Assembly: GCA_963745025.1 (NCBI GenBank)
Contig: CAVUWD010000014.1
Location: forward strand, 128,001 to 192,000
Origin: an uncultured delta proteobacterium
Lineage (GTDB): Bacteria; Desulfobacterota; Binatia; JACPRU01
DNA length: 64,000 bases
Direction of reading: 5' to 3'
A program made the translations under genes and the position numbers. Each line of letters begins with the position of its first letter. Position 1 is the first letter of the stretch. Positions 42,072-53,974 of the stretch are shown here, piece by piece. The notes under the pieces are model-generated. The model searched no databases and was not told the origin of the DNA. It saw nothing but the letters and a program-made list of their open reading frames with translations.

Positions 42072-43704
42072 CGTTTCTCTCCATCGCGGGGTAGTCGTAG
42101 GCTTCCTGAGTGACCACCGGAACACGGTCGAAGTTGTGTGTCGGTGGCGGCGACGGTGTCTGCCACTCGAGGCCGGTCGCGTTCCAGGGATTCGAGCTCG
42201 CCTTCGGCCCGTAGCGCATCGACCAGATCAGATAGACGATCGGCAGGAAGTAGCCAATGCCGAGGATGGACGCGCCCGCGGTCGACATCACGTTCAGCAC
42301 CTGAAACTCGGGTGGGTAGGCGTGATAGCGCCGCGGCATTCCCAGGTAGCCGAGGAGAAACTGCGGGAAGAAGGTCAGGTTGAAGCCGAGGAAGATGATC
42401 GCACACGCGATCTTCGCCCAGAATTCCGGGTAGAGCCGGCCGGTGATCTTCGGCCACCAGTAATGCAGGCCGCCGAGATAGGCCATGATCGCGCCGCCGA
42501 CCATGATGTAGTGGAAGTGCGCGATCACGAAGTAGGTATCGGTGAGGTGGACGTCGAGGCCGATGGCGGCGAGAAACAGCCCCGTCAGACCCCCGATCGT
42601 GAAGAGGCCGATGAACCCGAACACGTATAGCATCGGCGTCTGCCAGGAGATCCGGCCCTTGTAGAGCGTCGCGGTCCAGTTGAAGACCTTGATCGCCGAT
42701 GGGATCGCCACCAGGTACGAGAGCAGCGAGAAGAGGACGCCGGCATACACGGATTGGCCGCTGACGAAGAGGTGGTGGCCCCAGACGAGGAAGCCGATGA
42801 CGGCGATCCCGAGGCTCGAGAAGCAGATGAACTTGTAGCCGAAGATCTGCTTGCGCGAGAAGCAGGTGACGATCTCGCTGATGACTCCCATGCCGGGCAG
42901 GATCATGATGTAGACGGCGGGATGGGAGTAGAACCAAAAGAGGTGCTGGAAGAGGACCGGGTCGCCGCCCAGATTGGGGTCGAAGATGCCGATGTGGAGG
43001 CCCCGCTCGAGCAGCAACAGCACGAGCGTGATCGCCAGCACCGGCGTGGCGAGCATCTGAATCAGGCTCGTCGCGTAAATCGCCCAGACGAAGAGCGGCA
43101 GCCGGAACCAAGTGAGGCCCGGCGCGCGCATCTTGTGCGTGGTGACGATGAAGTTGAGCCCGGTGAGGATCGAAGAGAAGCCGACGATGAAACCGGCGAG
43201 CACCGTGGGGATCACCTGCGTCTGCGAGGACGAGGTGCTGTAGGGCGTGTAGAAGGTCCAGCCGGTGTCGACGCCGCCGGCGATGATCGCGTACGTGCCG
43301 AAGATCGCGCCGACGATGTAGACATACCAGCTGAGCAAGTTGATGCGCGGGAAGGCGAGGTCGCGCGCGCCGAGCATCAGCGGCAGCAGGAAGTTGCCGA
43401 GCACGGCGGGGATCGACGGAATCAGGAAGAAGAAGATCATGACCACGCCGTGCATGGTGAACAGCTTGTTGTAGGTGTCCGCCTGTACGAAGTCGCCCTT
43501 CGGGGTCAGCAGCTCGACGCGGAGCGCCGCCGCGAAGAGACCGCCGATCGAGAACATGATCGTGATCATCACCAGGTAGAGGATGGCGATGCGCTTGTGG
43601 TCGATCGTGAGCAACCACGACCGGATGCCGTAGTCGGCGTTCAGATAGTTGAACTCTTGGAGCGCCGAGCCCGGGTCTTCGGCCAACGCGTGCGAAGTCT
43701 TCAT
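42064..43704 (-). CDS. ctaD: Cytochrome c oxidase subunit I (A2 type)
   Basis: [35 protein letters not shown]. Confidence 0.97.
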   Translation of the reverse strand: MKTSHALAEDPGSALQEFNYLNADYGIRSWLLTIDHKRIAILYLVMITIMFSIGGLFAAALRVELLTPKGDFVQADTYNKLFTMHGVVMIFFFLIPSIPAVLGNFLLPLMLGARDLAFPRINLLSWYVYIVGAIFGTYAIIAGGVDTGWTFYTPYSTSSSQTQVIPTVLAGFIVGFSSILTGLNFIVTTHKMRAPGLTWFRLPLFVWAIYATSLIQMLATPVLAITLVLLLLERGLHIGIFDPNLGGDPVLFQHLFWFYSHPAVYIMILPGMGVISEIVTCFSRKQIFGYKFICFSSLGIAVIGFLVWGHHLFVSGQSVYAGVLFSLLSYLVAIPSAIKVFNWTATLYKGRISWQTPMLYVFGFIGLFTIGGLTGLFLAAIGLDVHLTDTYFVIAHFHYIMVGGAIMAYLGGLHYWWPKITGRLYPEFWAKIACAIIFLGFNLTFFPQFLLGYLGMPRRYHAYPPEFQVLNVMSTAGASILGIGYFLPIVYLIWSMRYGPKASSNPWNATGLEWQTPSPPPTHNFDRVPVVTQEAYDYPAMERNVG

Positions 43705-44732
43705 GGTGTCGGTTCCTTCGCCGCCGCGACGGTGGAGGGCGGGGCGCCTCCATCCTTCGCGCCGAGCGTGCGGATGTAGGCCATCAGCTCGAGGAGCTGC
43801 TCCTCGCTGAGCTGCCCTTGGAAGGTCGGCATCTGCGGCACGTAGCCGGCGACGATCTTCGCCATCGGATTGAGGATCGATTCGCGAACGTAGCTCTCGT
43901 CGGCCTTGACGGTTCCGCCGCCTTCGAGCTTCACCGTGGAGCCGAGAACCCCGACGAGCGACGGGCCCCTGCCCTGGCCGTTCGGTAGATGACACGTGAT
44001 GCAGGCGCGTTCGTTGAACAATCGCTCTCCGAGCTGCGCCAGAGACTGGCCGGGCGCCGCGGCGCCGCCGCCTCCCGCGAGCCACGCCTCGTAGTCCCTC
44101 GGTTCCATCACGGTCACGCTGCCGATCATGCCCGAGTGCTGGGTGCCGCAGTATTCCGCGCAGAAGAGATGAAAGGTGCCCGTACGCGTGGGATGAAACC
44201 AGGTCTGCGTGTAGCGTCCGGGCACGACGTCTTGCTTCACCCGAAACGCGGGAACGAAGAAGCTGTGGATGACGTCCTCCGAGGACATCGTGAGCCGGAT
44301 GTCTTGGCCGAGGGGCACGTGCAGCTCGTTGATCTCCCGGACACCCTCGGGATGCTGGAACTTCCACATCCATTGCTTGCCGACCGCGTACAGCTGCAGC
44401 GCGCCGGCGGGCGGCCGCTCCAGCGTGAAGTAGAGGCTCGTGCCCCAGGCGAACATCACCATCGCCAGCGCGAACGGGATCACCGTCCAGACGATCTCGA
44501 GCATGATCGCGCCCCGGCCGTGCCCGTGCGTCGTCGCATGCTCGAGGTCGTCGACGGCCGGGCGTCCCGCCTCGACTCGAGTCTCGTGATAGCGAAGCGC
44601 GAAGAACACGATCAGGCCGGCGATCAGCAGCGAGAAGAAGCCGCTCACCGCGACCATGAAGTAGAAGAACAGGTCCACCTGCGCGGCCACGCTGGACGCT
44701 TGCTCGGGGATGAAGAATAGGAGTCTGTTCAT
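43701..44732 (-). CDS. ctaC: Cytochrome c oxidase subunit II with fused cytochrome c (caa3)
   Basis: DVIHSF, CuA motif [13 protein letters not shown]-terminal CITCH. Confidence 0.96.
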   Translation of the reverse strand: MNRLLFFIPEQASSVAAQVDLFFYFMVAVSGFFSLLIAGLIVFFALRYHETRVEAGRPAVDDLEHATTHGHGRGAIMLEIVWTVIPFALAMVMFAWGTSLYFTLERPPAGALQLYAVGKQWMWKFQHPEGVREINELHVPLGQDIRLTMSSEDVIHSFFVPAFRVKQDVVPGRYTQTWFHPTRTGTFHLFCAEYCGTQHSGMIGSVTVMEPRDYEAWLAGGGGAAAPGQSLAQLGERLFNERACITCHLPNGQGRGPSLVGVLGSTVKLEGGGTVKADESYVRESILNPMAKIVAGYVPQMPTFQGQLSEEQLLELMAYIRTLGAKDGGAPPSTVAAAKEPTP

Positions 44733-44768
44733 CCGATGTCCCTGAGGAGTCTGTTCATCCGATTTCCG

Positions 44769-45587
44769 TCACGCTCGCGAGCCCTCGTGGCGGAGCTGCA
44801 AGGCGACGAAGGCCACGAGACCGACGAGCGTCAGCACTCCGCCGATCCGGACCGCCGCCATCGCGGCCGGCCCGTATTTCCCCGTCGCGGGATCGTAGTG
44901 ATAACAGAAAAGAAGCAGTTGATCGGCGAGCGTTCCGATCTTCCGCTCCGACGCCTCCACGAGAGCGAGACGCAGGTCGCGCGGGGCATAGTCGATGCCG
45001 TAGAGGACTCTCGAGATGCGCCCTTGCGGTGTCAGCACGAAGAGACCCGTCGCGTGCGCGAACTGGTCGTTCGTCGCCTCGTAGCGGTAGCGGAAACCGA
45101 CGGCATCGGCGAGCCTGCGAACCGTCTCGTCGTCTCCGACCAGGAAATGCCAGCCCTGCGCCGCTCCCGGGCGCCCGTAGTCGGAGACGAGCGTGCGCTT
45201 CTTCTCGGCGGCCTGCGCGGAGGTTTCGCGCGCGTCGATGCTGACGGTCACGATCTGAAACTCATCCCCCACGTTCCACGCGAGCGGCCGAAGGCTTCGC
45301 ACCAAGCCCTCGAGCGCCATCGGACAGAGCATCGGGCAATGGTAGTAGGCGAGCGAGAGCAAGACCGGCTTCTGGCCGAAGAAATCGGCGAGCCTCACGG
45401 CGTTGTCTGATTCGTCGCGGAAGGAGAGATCGAGGGGCACGACGTGGTCGAGCTTCTGCTCGATGCCGACGTCGCGGAGCGCCGGGGGAGGCGCCGTCGT
45501 GTCGGCAAATGCCGGAGCGGCGAGCGCGCCGATCGCCAGCCAGAGACTCGCCGCAAATCGTGTCGCTTCAAGGCCCGGGGTTTTCAT
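44769..45587 (-). CDS. SCO/SenC family protein
   Basis: YYHCPMLC, FAH, LLLFCYHYDP. Confidence 0.9.
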   Translation of the reverse strand: MKTPGLEATRFAASLWLAIGALAAPAFADTTAPPPALRDVGIEQKLDHVVPLDLSFRDESDNAVRLADFFGQKPVLLSLAYYHCPMLCPMALEGLVRSLRPLAWNVGDEFQIVTVSIDARETSAQAAEKKRTLVSDYGRPGAAQGWHFLVGDDETVRRLADAVGFRYRYEATNDQFAHATGLFVLTPQGRISRVLYGIDYAPRDLRLALVEASERKIGTLADQLLLFCYHYDPATGKYGPAAMAAVRIGGVLTLVGLVAFVALQLRHEGSRA

Positions 45588-45982
45588 GGGGATTTGCCCG
45601 GCGACGGACGGCTCTGCAGGCCTTCCTTGGCGACGAGTTCCATGGCGCGCACGATCGGAATGCGGACGATTCCGCGCTCCTTGTCGACCCAACCGTAGGT
45701 GTCGAGAAGCTCTTCTTCTTCCTTGCGCGCCGAGACGAGAGCGTCGTGCTCCTTGACGAGAAGACGAGGCTCCGGGGGCAGCTGGCTCTCGGCGGCGGCC
45801 AGCGGCGAGACCTTGGGGTCCCGGCGCGCGGCCCGTTCGGCGAGCACATTGAAGAACACCCACGCCGCGACCACCGAGACGATGATCACCGCGACCAGCA
45901 ACCCGACCCACGCGAGCAGGGTTCCGGGATCGACGTCGCTGGTCTCGTAGCCCGAGTTCGCCGATGGCTCAGTGTCCGACAT
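45584..45982 (-). CDS. Alternative complex III ActG-like subunit
   Basis: GYETSD, single TM, LPPEPRL, YGWVD...RIPI.RAM; position after actF. Confidence 0.7.
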   Translation of the reverse strand: MSDTEPSANSGYETSDVDPGTLLAWVGLLVAVIIVSVVAAWVFFNVLAERAARRDPKVSPLAAAESQLPPEPRLLVKEHDALVSARKEEEELLDTYGWVDKERGIVRIPIVRAMELVAKEGLQSRPSPGKSP

Positions 45983-47150
45983 TTTCGAAGGTTTCCCGCA
46001 GGTAAGGGTCGTGAAGGGGCAAGAGCGGCCGCGCGCGGAGCTCGCGCAGAAACATCCACAGCCAAACGCCGCCGATCCCGGCCGGCGCGGCTACGTCCAG
46101 CCAATGCACGGTCAGGCGTTCGGGATGGAAGAGCGGCACGATCGTCCAGAACAGGTCGACGAAGCGCATGACCATGACGAGCAAGGCCACGCCCGCGAGC
46201 AAGCGCATGTTGCGCTTCAAATCCCGTGAGAGCAGCAAGAAGAACGGCACGAAGAACTGAAAGACGATGATGAAGAGTCCGAGCGCCAGCCAGCCTCCCT
46301 TCGAGTGCCCGAGGTACCAGTGGATCTCTTCGGGGAGGTTTCCCGCCCAGATGATCAGGAACTGAGAGAAGGAAAAGTAGGCCCACACCATCACGAACGC
46401 GAGCAAGAGTTTGCCGAGGTCCTGAAAGACGCTCGGCTGGATCACTCCCGCAAAGGGCGCGGAGCCCGACAGCAGCGCGAGCAGCAGGATCGCGAAGGAG
46501 AATGCATTCAGCACCTGGCCGACCGCGATCAGCGGCCCGAAGATCGTCGAGTACCAGTGCGCATCGATCGCCATGACCCAGTCGATCGCCGCGAAGGTGA
46601 CGGCCAGGAAGTAGAAGACGATGCCCGGGCCGCTGAGAACCTGCATCCGGCGCGCGAGCGCGGCGTCGCCCGTGCGGTCCTGCTCGCGCGACCAGGCCGT
46701 GAGGCGGGAGCCGAGACCGATCCAGATCGCGAAGTAGACGACCGCGCGCGCGATCCAGAACGCCCGATTCAGATACGGCGCCTTGTGGCGCAGCACCTCG
46801 TCGGCGGCCACCACGTCCGCATGCGTCCACGAATAAGAGATGGAGTCCATGCCGAGGACGATGGGAACGAACAGCAAGACCATGAAGGGAAGCGTGCGCG
46901 TGGCGGCTTCGAGCAGTCGACGGATCGCCAACCCCCAGGCGCCGCCGGTCAGGTGCTGAAGCATGACGAGCGGCAGCGAGCCGAGCGCGATGCCGAACCA
47001 GAAGAGGTAGCCAATCAAATACGACCGGAAGAACTGGTCGGGGCTCGTCATCCAGCCGATGGCCGAGAGACCGATTCCGGCCACGCCGACGCCGAGGGCG
47101 AGCGCCTGCGGACGGTCGAGGTCCGAATGTGCGGTGGTGGAATTCGTCAT
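45969..47150 (-). CDS. actF: Alternative complex III subunit ActF
   Basis: Polytopic; DWVM, WYSTIFG, DLGKLL, FSQFLIIWAGNLPEE. Confidence 0.9.
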   Translation of the reverse strand: MTNSTTAHSDLDRPQALALGVGVAGIGLSAIGWMTSPDQFFRSYLIGYLFWFGIALGSLPLVMLQHLTGGAWGLAIRRLLEAATRTLPFMVLLFVPIVLGMDSISYSWTHADVVAADEVLRHKAPYLNRAFWIARAVVYFAIWIGLGSRLTAWSREQDRTGDAALARRMQVLSGPGIVFYFLAVTFAAIDWVMAIDAHWYSTIFGPLIAVGQVLNAFSFAILLLALLSGSAPFAGVIQPSVFQDLGKLLLAFVMVWAYFSFSQFLIIWAGNLPEEIHWYLGHSKGGWLALGLFIIVFQFFVPFFLLLSRDLKRNMRLLAGVALLVMVMRFVDLFWTIVPLFHPERLTVHWLDVAAPAGIGGVWLWMFLRELRARPLLPLHDPYLRETFENVGH

Positions 47151-47169
47151 CGTCTGCGCTCGTCTCGAC

Positions 47170-47754
47170 TCATCCGCCAGACTTGAGCTTCGCCGCCTCC
47201 TCGGGCGGCACGTCGGCGAGGGTCGCCTGCTGGCTCCACTGCAGCGCGCGGATGTAGGCGACGATCGCCCAGCGATCCGCCGCCCCGACCTGGGCTCGAT
47301 AGTCGGGCATCGCCCCGAAGCCGTTGGTCATCACGTCGAAGAAGTGCCCGACCGGCGCCTGCCGCAGGCGGTCGATGTGGTACGAGGGCGGCGCCTTGAA
47401 GCCGCGTCGCACGACCATTCCCCGTCCGCTCCCGACGCGATCGTGGCAAGGGCTGCAATAGATGTTGAATCTCTCCTGACCGCGCTTCAGCAGCTGGGGA
47501 GTGAACGGCAGCGGCAGCGCTTCGACGAGCGTTCCGCTGGCCGTCTTCCCCGTGTAGAACTCGACGTCGTCGTCGAGGTGGCCGCGCGCGACGGTGTTCT
47601 CGACGAGCGGGCGCGCCGACGCACCATTGTCCCAGAAGCGGCTCGCCGCCAGCGGCTTGTACTTCGGCTGATCTTGCATGTCTTGGCGGCAACCGACGAC
47701 GAGCGCCAGCGACGCCGCCATGCCGAGTGCCGAGAGCCGACCGACGAACGTCAT
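47170..47754 (-). CDS. actE: Alternative complex III monoheme cytochrome c lipoprotein ActE
   Basis: Lipobox VVGC-RQDMQDQPK; CSPCH; GFGAMP. Confidence 0.9.
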   Translation of the reverse strand: MTFVGRLSALGMAASLALVVGCRQDMQDQPKYKPLAASRFWDNGASARPLVENTVARGHLDDDVEFYTGKTASGTLVEALPLPFTPQLLKRGQERFNIYCSPCHDRVGSGRGMVVRRGFKAPPSYHIDRLRQAPVGHFFDVMTNGFGAMPDYRAQVGAADRWAIVAYIRALQWSQQATLADVPPEEAAKLKSGG

Positions 47755-48303
47755 TTACGGCGCCACCTCCAGGACCGAGCGCGGGGAAAACTGCTCGAGG
47801 AATTTCTGGGTCCCTTCGCGGTCGAACTTTGGATCCGCGGATTCGATGCAGAGGAAGAATCGATCGCGGCTGGCAAGCGCGAAGCTCGGCACGTTGAAGA
47901 CCGGATGGTACGGCATCGGCAAGCCGTTCAGCGCCAGCATCCCGAGCACCGCAGAGAGCGCGGCGATGAGAATCGCAAGTTCGAACGTCACCGGAACGAA
48001 CGCCGGCAGGCTGAAGAACGGCTTGCCGCCGACGTTGAGCGGGTAGGCGACGACCGAAACCCAGTATTGCAGTCCGAGGCCGCCGAGACCACCAAGGATT
48101 CCGCCGCAGAGCACGATGAGCGGCATCGCGTTCGCGTCGAGCCCCAAGGCCTCGAACACCGCCTCCATCGGGAATGGCGTGTAGGCGTCCATGCGCCGGT
48201 AGCCCGCTTCACGCGCGGCGCGACAGGCCCGCACCAGATCGACCGGCTTGTCGAATTCGGCCATCAGCCCCCAGGGGCCCGGCGTGCGGATCGGCGCGCT
48301 CAT
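47755..48303 (-). CDS. actD: Alternative complex III subunit ActD (DUF3341)
   Basis: GLMAEF, DAYTPFP, VGGKP, PVTFEL. Confidence 0.9.
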   Translation of the reverse strand: MSAPIRTPGPWGLMAEFDKPVDLVRACRAAREAGYRRMDAYTPFPMEAVFEALGLDANAMPLIVLCGGILGGLGGLGLQYWVSVVAYPLNVGGKPFFSLPAFVPVTFELAILIAALSAVLGMLALNGLPMPYHPVFNVPSFALASRDRFFLCIESADPKFDREGTQKFLEQFSPRSVLEVAP

Positions 48304-48388
48304 AGCGGGACCTCCGCCGACTCCCGAGCCCGACCGCTCATGCGTGATGCCTCAGCTTCCGCCGAGAACGTTTCGGCAAGACGGAAGG

Positions 48389-48552
48389 CGCGGCTGGTTG
48401 TGGTCGAGCCGTACTCGGGTCGACCACAACCAGCCGCAACCGCGCGGAGCGCGGAAGCAATCACTATCGGTGCTCGTCTATTACCTCCGCGCTCCGCGCG
48501 GTGGCTGGAGTTTCCGGTCGGGCCGAGTACGTCCCGACCGGAAACTCCAGCG
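48389..48552. repeat. Head-to-head pair of structured repeats (copies 2 and 3), BIME-like
   Basis: Copy 2 (minus, 48389-48457) and copy 3 (plus, 48485-48552) share leader TCCGCGCTCCGCGCGGT and loop CCGAGTACG. Confidence 0.85.
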
Positions 48553-48598
48553 CTTCTAGAAATTCGCAGCGATCGTACGGAGACTGAGGTGTTGCCCC

Positions 48599-49993
<1,395 letters not shown>

Positions 49994-50001
49994 CGGCGGA
50001 A

Positions 50002-53000
50002 TCAGCCTCCCTCGCGCTCCGCGCGCGTCGCGTCGAGCGTGGCGATCTCGGGGTTCGGGTTCCGCACGCGCGCCAGGTAGGTCGTGCGCGGTCGGGTGTT
50101 CAGCTCGGCGAGCAGCCCGTAGTTGCGGGGATCCGCTTTGAGCTTCGCGACACGGCTTGCGGCGTCGTTGACGTCACCGAAGACGATCGCGTCGGCGGGG
50201 CAGACTTGCTGGCACGCGGTCACGATCTCGCCGTCGCGCACCTTGCGATCCTCCTTCTCGGCCGCGATCTTCGCGGCGTTGATGCGCTGCACGCAGTAGG
50301 TGCACTTCTCCATCACGCCGCGGCTGCGCACGGTGACGTCCGGGTTGCGCATCAGGCTTTCAAGCTCTCGGTCGCCCAGTCGGAGTAAAGGAAGAAGTTG
50401 AACCGGCGCACCTTGTACGGGCAGTTGTTCGAGCAGTAGCGGGTGCCGACGCAGCGGTTGTACACCATGTCGTTCAGGCCCTCCGCGCTGTGGACCGTCG
50501 CACCGACCGGGCAGACGACCTCGCACGGGGCGTTCTCGCAGTGCATGCACGGAACCGGCTGGACGTACGTCTCGGGGTAATCGGCGCTGCCCTTGTAGTA
50601 GCGGTCGAGGCGGATCCAGTGCATCTCACGGCCGCGGCCGACCTGGTCCTTGCCGACGACGGGGATGTTGTTCTCCGCCTGGCAGGCGATGACGCAGGCA
50701 TTGCAGCCGATGCAGGCCGATCAGGTCGATCGCCATGCCCCAGGCGTAGCCGTCGTAGGTCCACGGAGGCTTGTACATCGTGTCGCCGGGCGCCGGCGAC
50801 TCGCCGAGCTTCTGCGCGAACTCGGGGTCCTGGCGAAACTCCGCGAACGAGGCCGAGCGAACGACGTTCCGCCCCTCCATCGACTGCTGGTACTGCGTGC
50901 AGGCGAGCTTCGTCCGCCGCGCGGTCTTGCGGACCTCGAGGCCGGATGCCGCCCAAGGCGCCTTGGAGCTTCGGATCTGGTAGGCGTTGAAGCCCGTGCC
51001 GGTGCCGACGCGCCCCGTCGTCGTCCGGCCGTAGCCGAGATGGACGGTCACGCAGTCCTCTGCCTGGCCCGGCTGGATCCACACCGGCGCCTCGACGCTG
51101 CGGCCGTCGATCGTGAGCTTGACGACCATCTCGGTCTCGAGCCCCAGCCGATTCGCCGTGCCCGGGCTCATCATCGCGACGTTGTCCCAGGTGAGCTTGG
51201 TCTGCGGCTTGGGCAGCTCCTGGAGCCAGCCGTTGTTCACCCAGCGGCCATCGAAGATCGTCGGGTCCGGGCGGAACGCGAGCTCGAGGGCATGCGGCTT
51301 CGGCTCTTCCGCCTTCGGCAGGCGACTGATCCAATCGGGCTTCAGGGTCACGGTCTTGGCGCCTGCCGCGCTCCCTTCGACGACCCCGTCGTGGAGCGAG
51401 CGTCGCCAGAAGCGCTCGAGTGAGGCCTTGTCTTTGTCCGTGGCGTAGGTCTCGCGCACGAGGTCGTAGCTCGTCTGATCCCCCTGCGCGCCGAACAGCG
51501 TGGCCAGGAGCTCGTGCTCGGACTTTCCTTCGTAGAGCGGCGCGATCAGCGGCTGAAGGATCGTGATCGTGCCGTCGTAGGCGCGAGCGTCGCTCCAGGT
51601 CTCGAGCGGGTGAGTCGCCGGAACGTTCCAGTGGCAGAGCTCGGCGGTCTCGTCGTTGCGGAGGGTCCAGTAGACGCGCAGGCCGACCTTGGAGAGGCGC
51701 TTCCCGAACTCGAGGTCGGCGGGCGCCGTGAACACGGGATTGCCGCCGAGGATCACCAGGACGTCGACGAGCCCCTTGTCCATCTCGTCGACGAGCTGCT
51801 TGAGCGCCTCGAGTTGGTTCTGCGGAGCCGCCTCGACGGGCTCGGTGTAGACGATCGTCTTGCCGACGTTGTCGAGCGCCTGGTTCATCGCGTGCGCAAG
51901 GAGGTGGACGGAGGCGGGCTGCTCCTCGCCGGCGATCACCAGGCTTTCGCCCGCGTTCTTCTTGAGATCGCGGACGAGCCCCTCGATCCACGCCGCATGC
52001 TCCGGCGCGGCAACCTCGGCGCCGACGCCGAGCCCGAGGCCTGCGGCCACCGCGCGCGCGAACGCCTCGACCTCGCTCGGCTTGAGCGCGAGTCGATGAT
52101 CCGCGTTTCCTCCGGTCGCCGTCGGCGAGGTCTCCACGCAGTAAAACCGGCTCATCTCGCCATTCTCGGGATCCACGCGCCGCGCGGCGACGAAGTCGCG
52201 GGCGTAGCGCAGGCTCCCCGGCATGCTGCCGACGAAGTCCGCGTCGATCGACAAGATCAGCCGCGCGTTGCGGAAGCGATATTGCGCCTCCACCGGCTCG
52301 CCGAACGCGAGCCGGGCGCCCTCGCGAGCGCCGTCCCGCGTCGCCGGCTCGTATTGGATCCATTTCGCCTCGGGGAGCTGCTGGAGCGCTTCGCGGATCT
52401 GTCGAGCGAGCGTCGGCGAAGTGACCGTCTCGGTGAGGAGACGCAGGCGGGCCCCCTTGTTCGAGCGCTGCGCGTCGATCGAGGCCCGCAGGACGTCGCG
52501 GAACGCCGACCAGGGGCGGATGCGATCCACGCGTCGGAGCGCCTGCAGGCGATCGGGATCGTAGAGGTCGAGCACCCACGCCTGGCCGAATACGTCGGTG
52601 GCACCGAGGCTGGCGGGATGATCGGGGTTGCCCTCGATCTTGGTCGGCCGTCCTTCGTGACTCTCGACGATCACGCCGTTCGCATAGCCGCGCAGCGTGA
52701 CGGCGGTGGCGAAGAACAGCGGCTTGCCGAGAACGAGCTCCTCCGGCTGCTTGACGTAGGGCACGATCGACTCGCGCGGCTGACGAGTACAGCCGGAGAG
52801 TCCCGCGAGGGCGATCGAAGCGCCCATCAGGTTGAGGAACTGGCGGCGGCTGACGGGGTCGAGCCACTCCGAGGCCGCTTGCGGGAACTCGCGATGGATG
52901 AGCTCGCGGAACTCTTCCGTGTCGGCGAGCTCCTCGAGACCCCGCCAATACTCCGGGCCCCGCGCGCCATCGAGGCGGGCCCGGATCGCCTCTAGATTCC

Positions 53001-53013
53001 GTCGATCAGCCAT
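50002..53013 (-). CDS. actB: Alternative complex III subunit ActB (molybdopterin-oxidoreductase-like + Fe-S domain), frameshifts near 50720 and 50360
   Basis: YWRGLEEL, Tat-like [44 protein letters not shown]. Confidence 0.93.
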
Positions 53014-53025
53014 TGGGTGATCTTT

Positions 53026-53685
53026 CTACCGATGACACGTCGAGCACGAGACCAACACCTTCGTCGGCTGGATCGCATACGCCTTCACGAGCCGCGCGCC
53101 CTGCTCAAACTGGTCGGGCGGCGGAATCCAGTCCATGTTGAAGACCTCCTCGCGCGGGCGCACATACTGCGCCGGATTGCCGTGGCAGTTGACGCACCAA
53201 TTCATCTGCAGCGAGCTCTCCTGCCAGGTGAGCGGCATTTGGTCGACACGCCCGTGGCAGGTGGAGCAGCCGACCCCTTTGTTCACGTGGATGCTGTGAT
53301 TGAAGTAAACGAATTCCGGAAGGTCATGGACGCGCGTCCATTGCATCGGCTTGCCGGTCTTGAAGCTCTCGCGCACCGGCTCGAGGGCCGGGCTGTTGGC
53401 CCAGATCTGCGAGTGGCAGTTCATGCACGTCTTGGTCGGCGGGACCCCAGCGAATGCCGACGTTTCGACCGAAGCGTGACAGTAGCGGCAGTCGAAGCCC
53501 TCGCCGCCGACGTGGTGCTTGTGACTGAACGCGATCGGCTGGACGCGGGCGGTGTTGGCCTGCGTCACGTACGAGGAGCGGCTGATGGTATCGAGCAACC
53601 AACCGAGTCCCGCCACGATGAACACCGCGCCGAAGATGCTCACACGCGAGATCGTGTTCGTACTGCGGTGGAAGACCTGCGACAT
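53026..53685 (-). CDS. actA: Alternative complex III pentaheme cytochrome c ActA
   Basis: Five CxxCH motifs (CRYCH, CMNCH, CSTCH, CVNCH, CSTCH) and an N-terminal TM. Confidence 0.95.
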   Translation of the reverse strand: MSQVFHRSTNTISRVSIFGAVFIVAGLGWLLDTISRSSYVTQANTARVQPIAFSHKHHVGGEGFDCRYCHASVETSAFAGVPPTKTCMNCHSQIWANSPALEPVRESFKTGKPMQWTRVHDLPEFVYFNHSIHVNKGVGCSTCHGRVDQMPLTWQESSLQMNWCVNCHGNPAQYVRPREEVFNMDWIPPPDQFEQGARLVKAYAIQPTKVLVSCSTCHR

Positions 53686-53974
53686 TCTCCTCGTCCCTTC
53701 GCGTCCCCTGCGGTGCTCCGCCTAGCCGGTCGTCGGGAAACGTCGGATCGCGCCATCGGATCGGGCACCTCGGATTGCGTGCGAGTACGGCGTGTGGGAT
53801 GCCGCGCCGATTGTTGGATGTATGGTGACCACAGTTCGCAGCTCAGCAGCCGGCTGAAGGCGGCGCACTATTCAACGGAGCGACGAAGCTTTCAAGTGGA
53901 ACCCATGTCCCGCGGCGGACCGGCCGGACGCTTTCTGGAATTGACGGCGGTTTCCAGCTATTCCCCATCCACCC

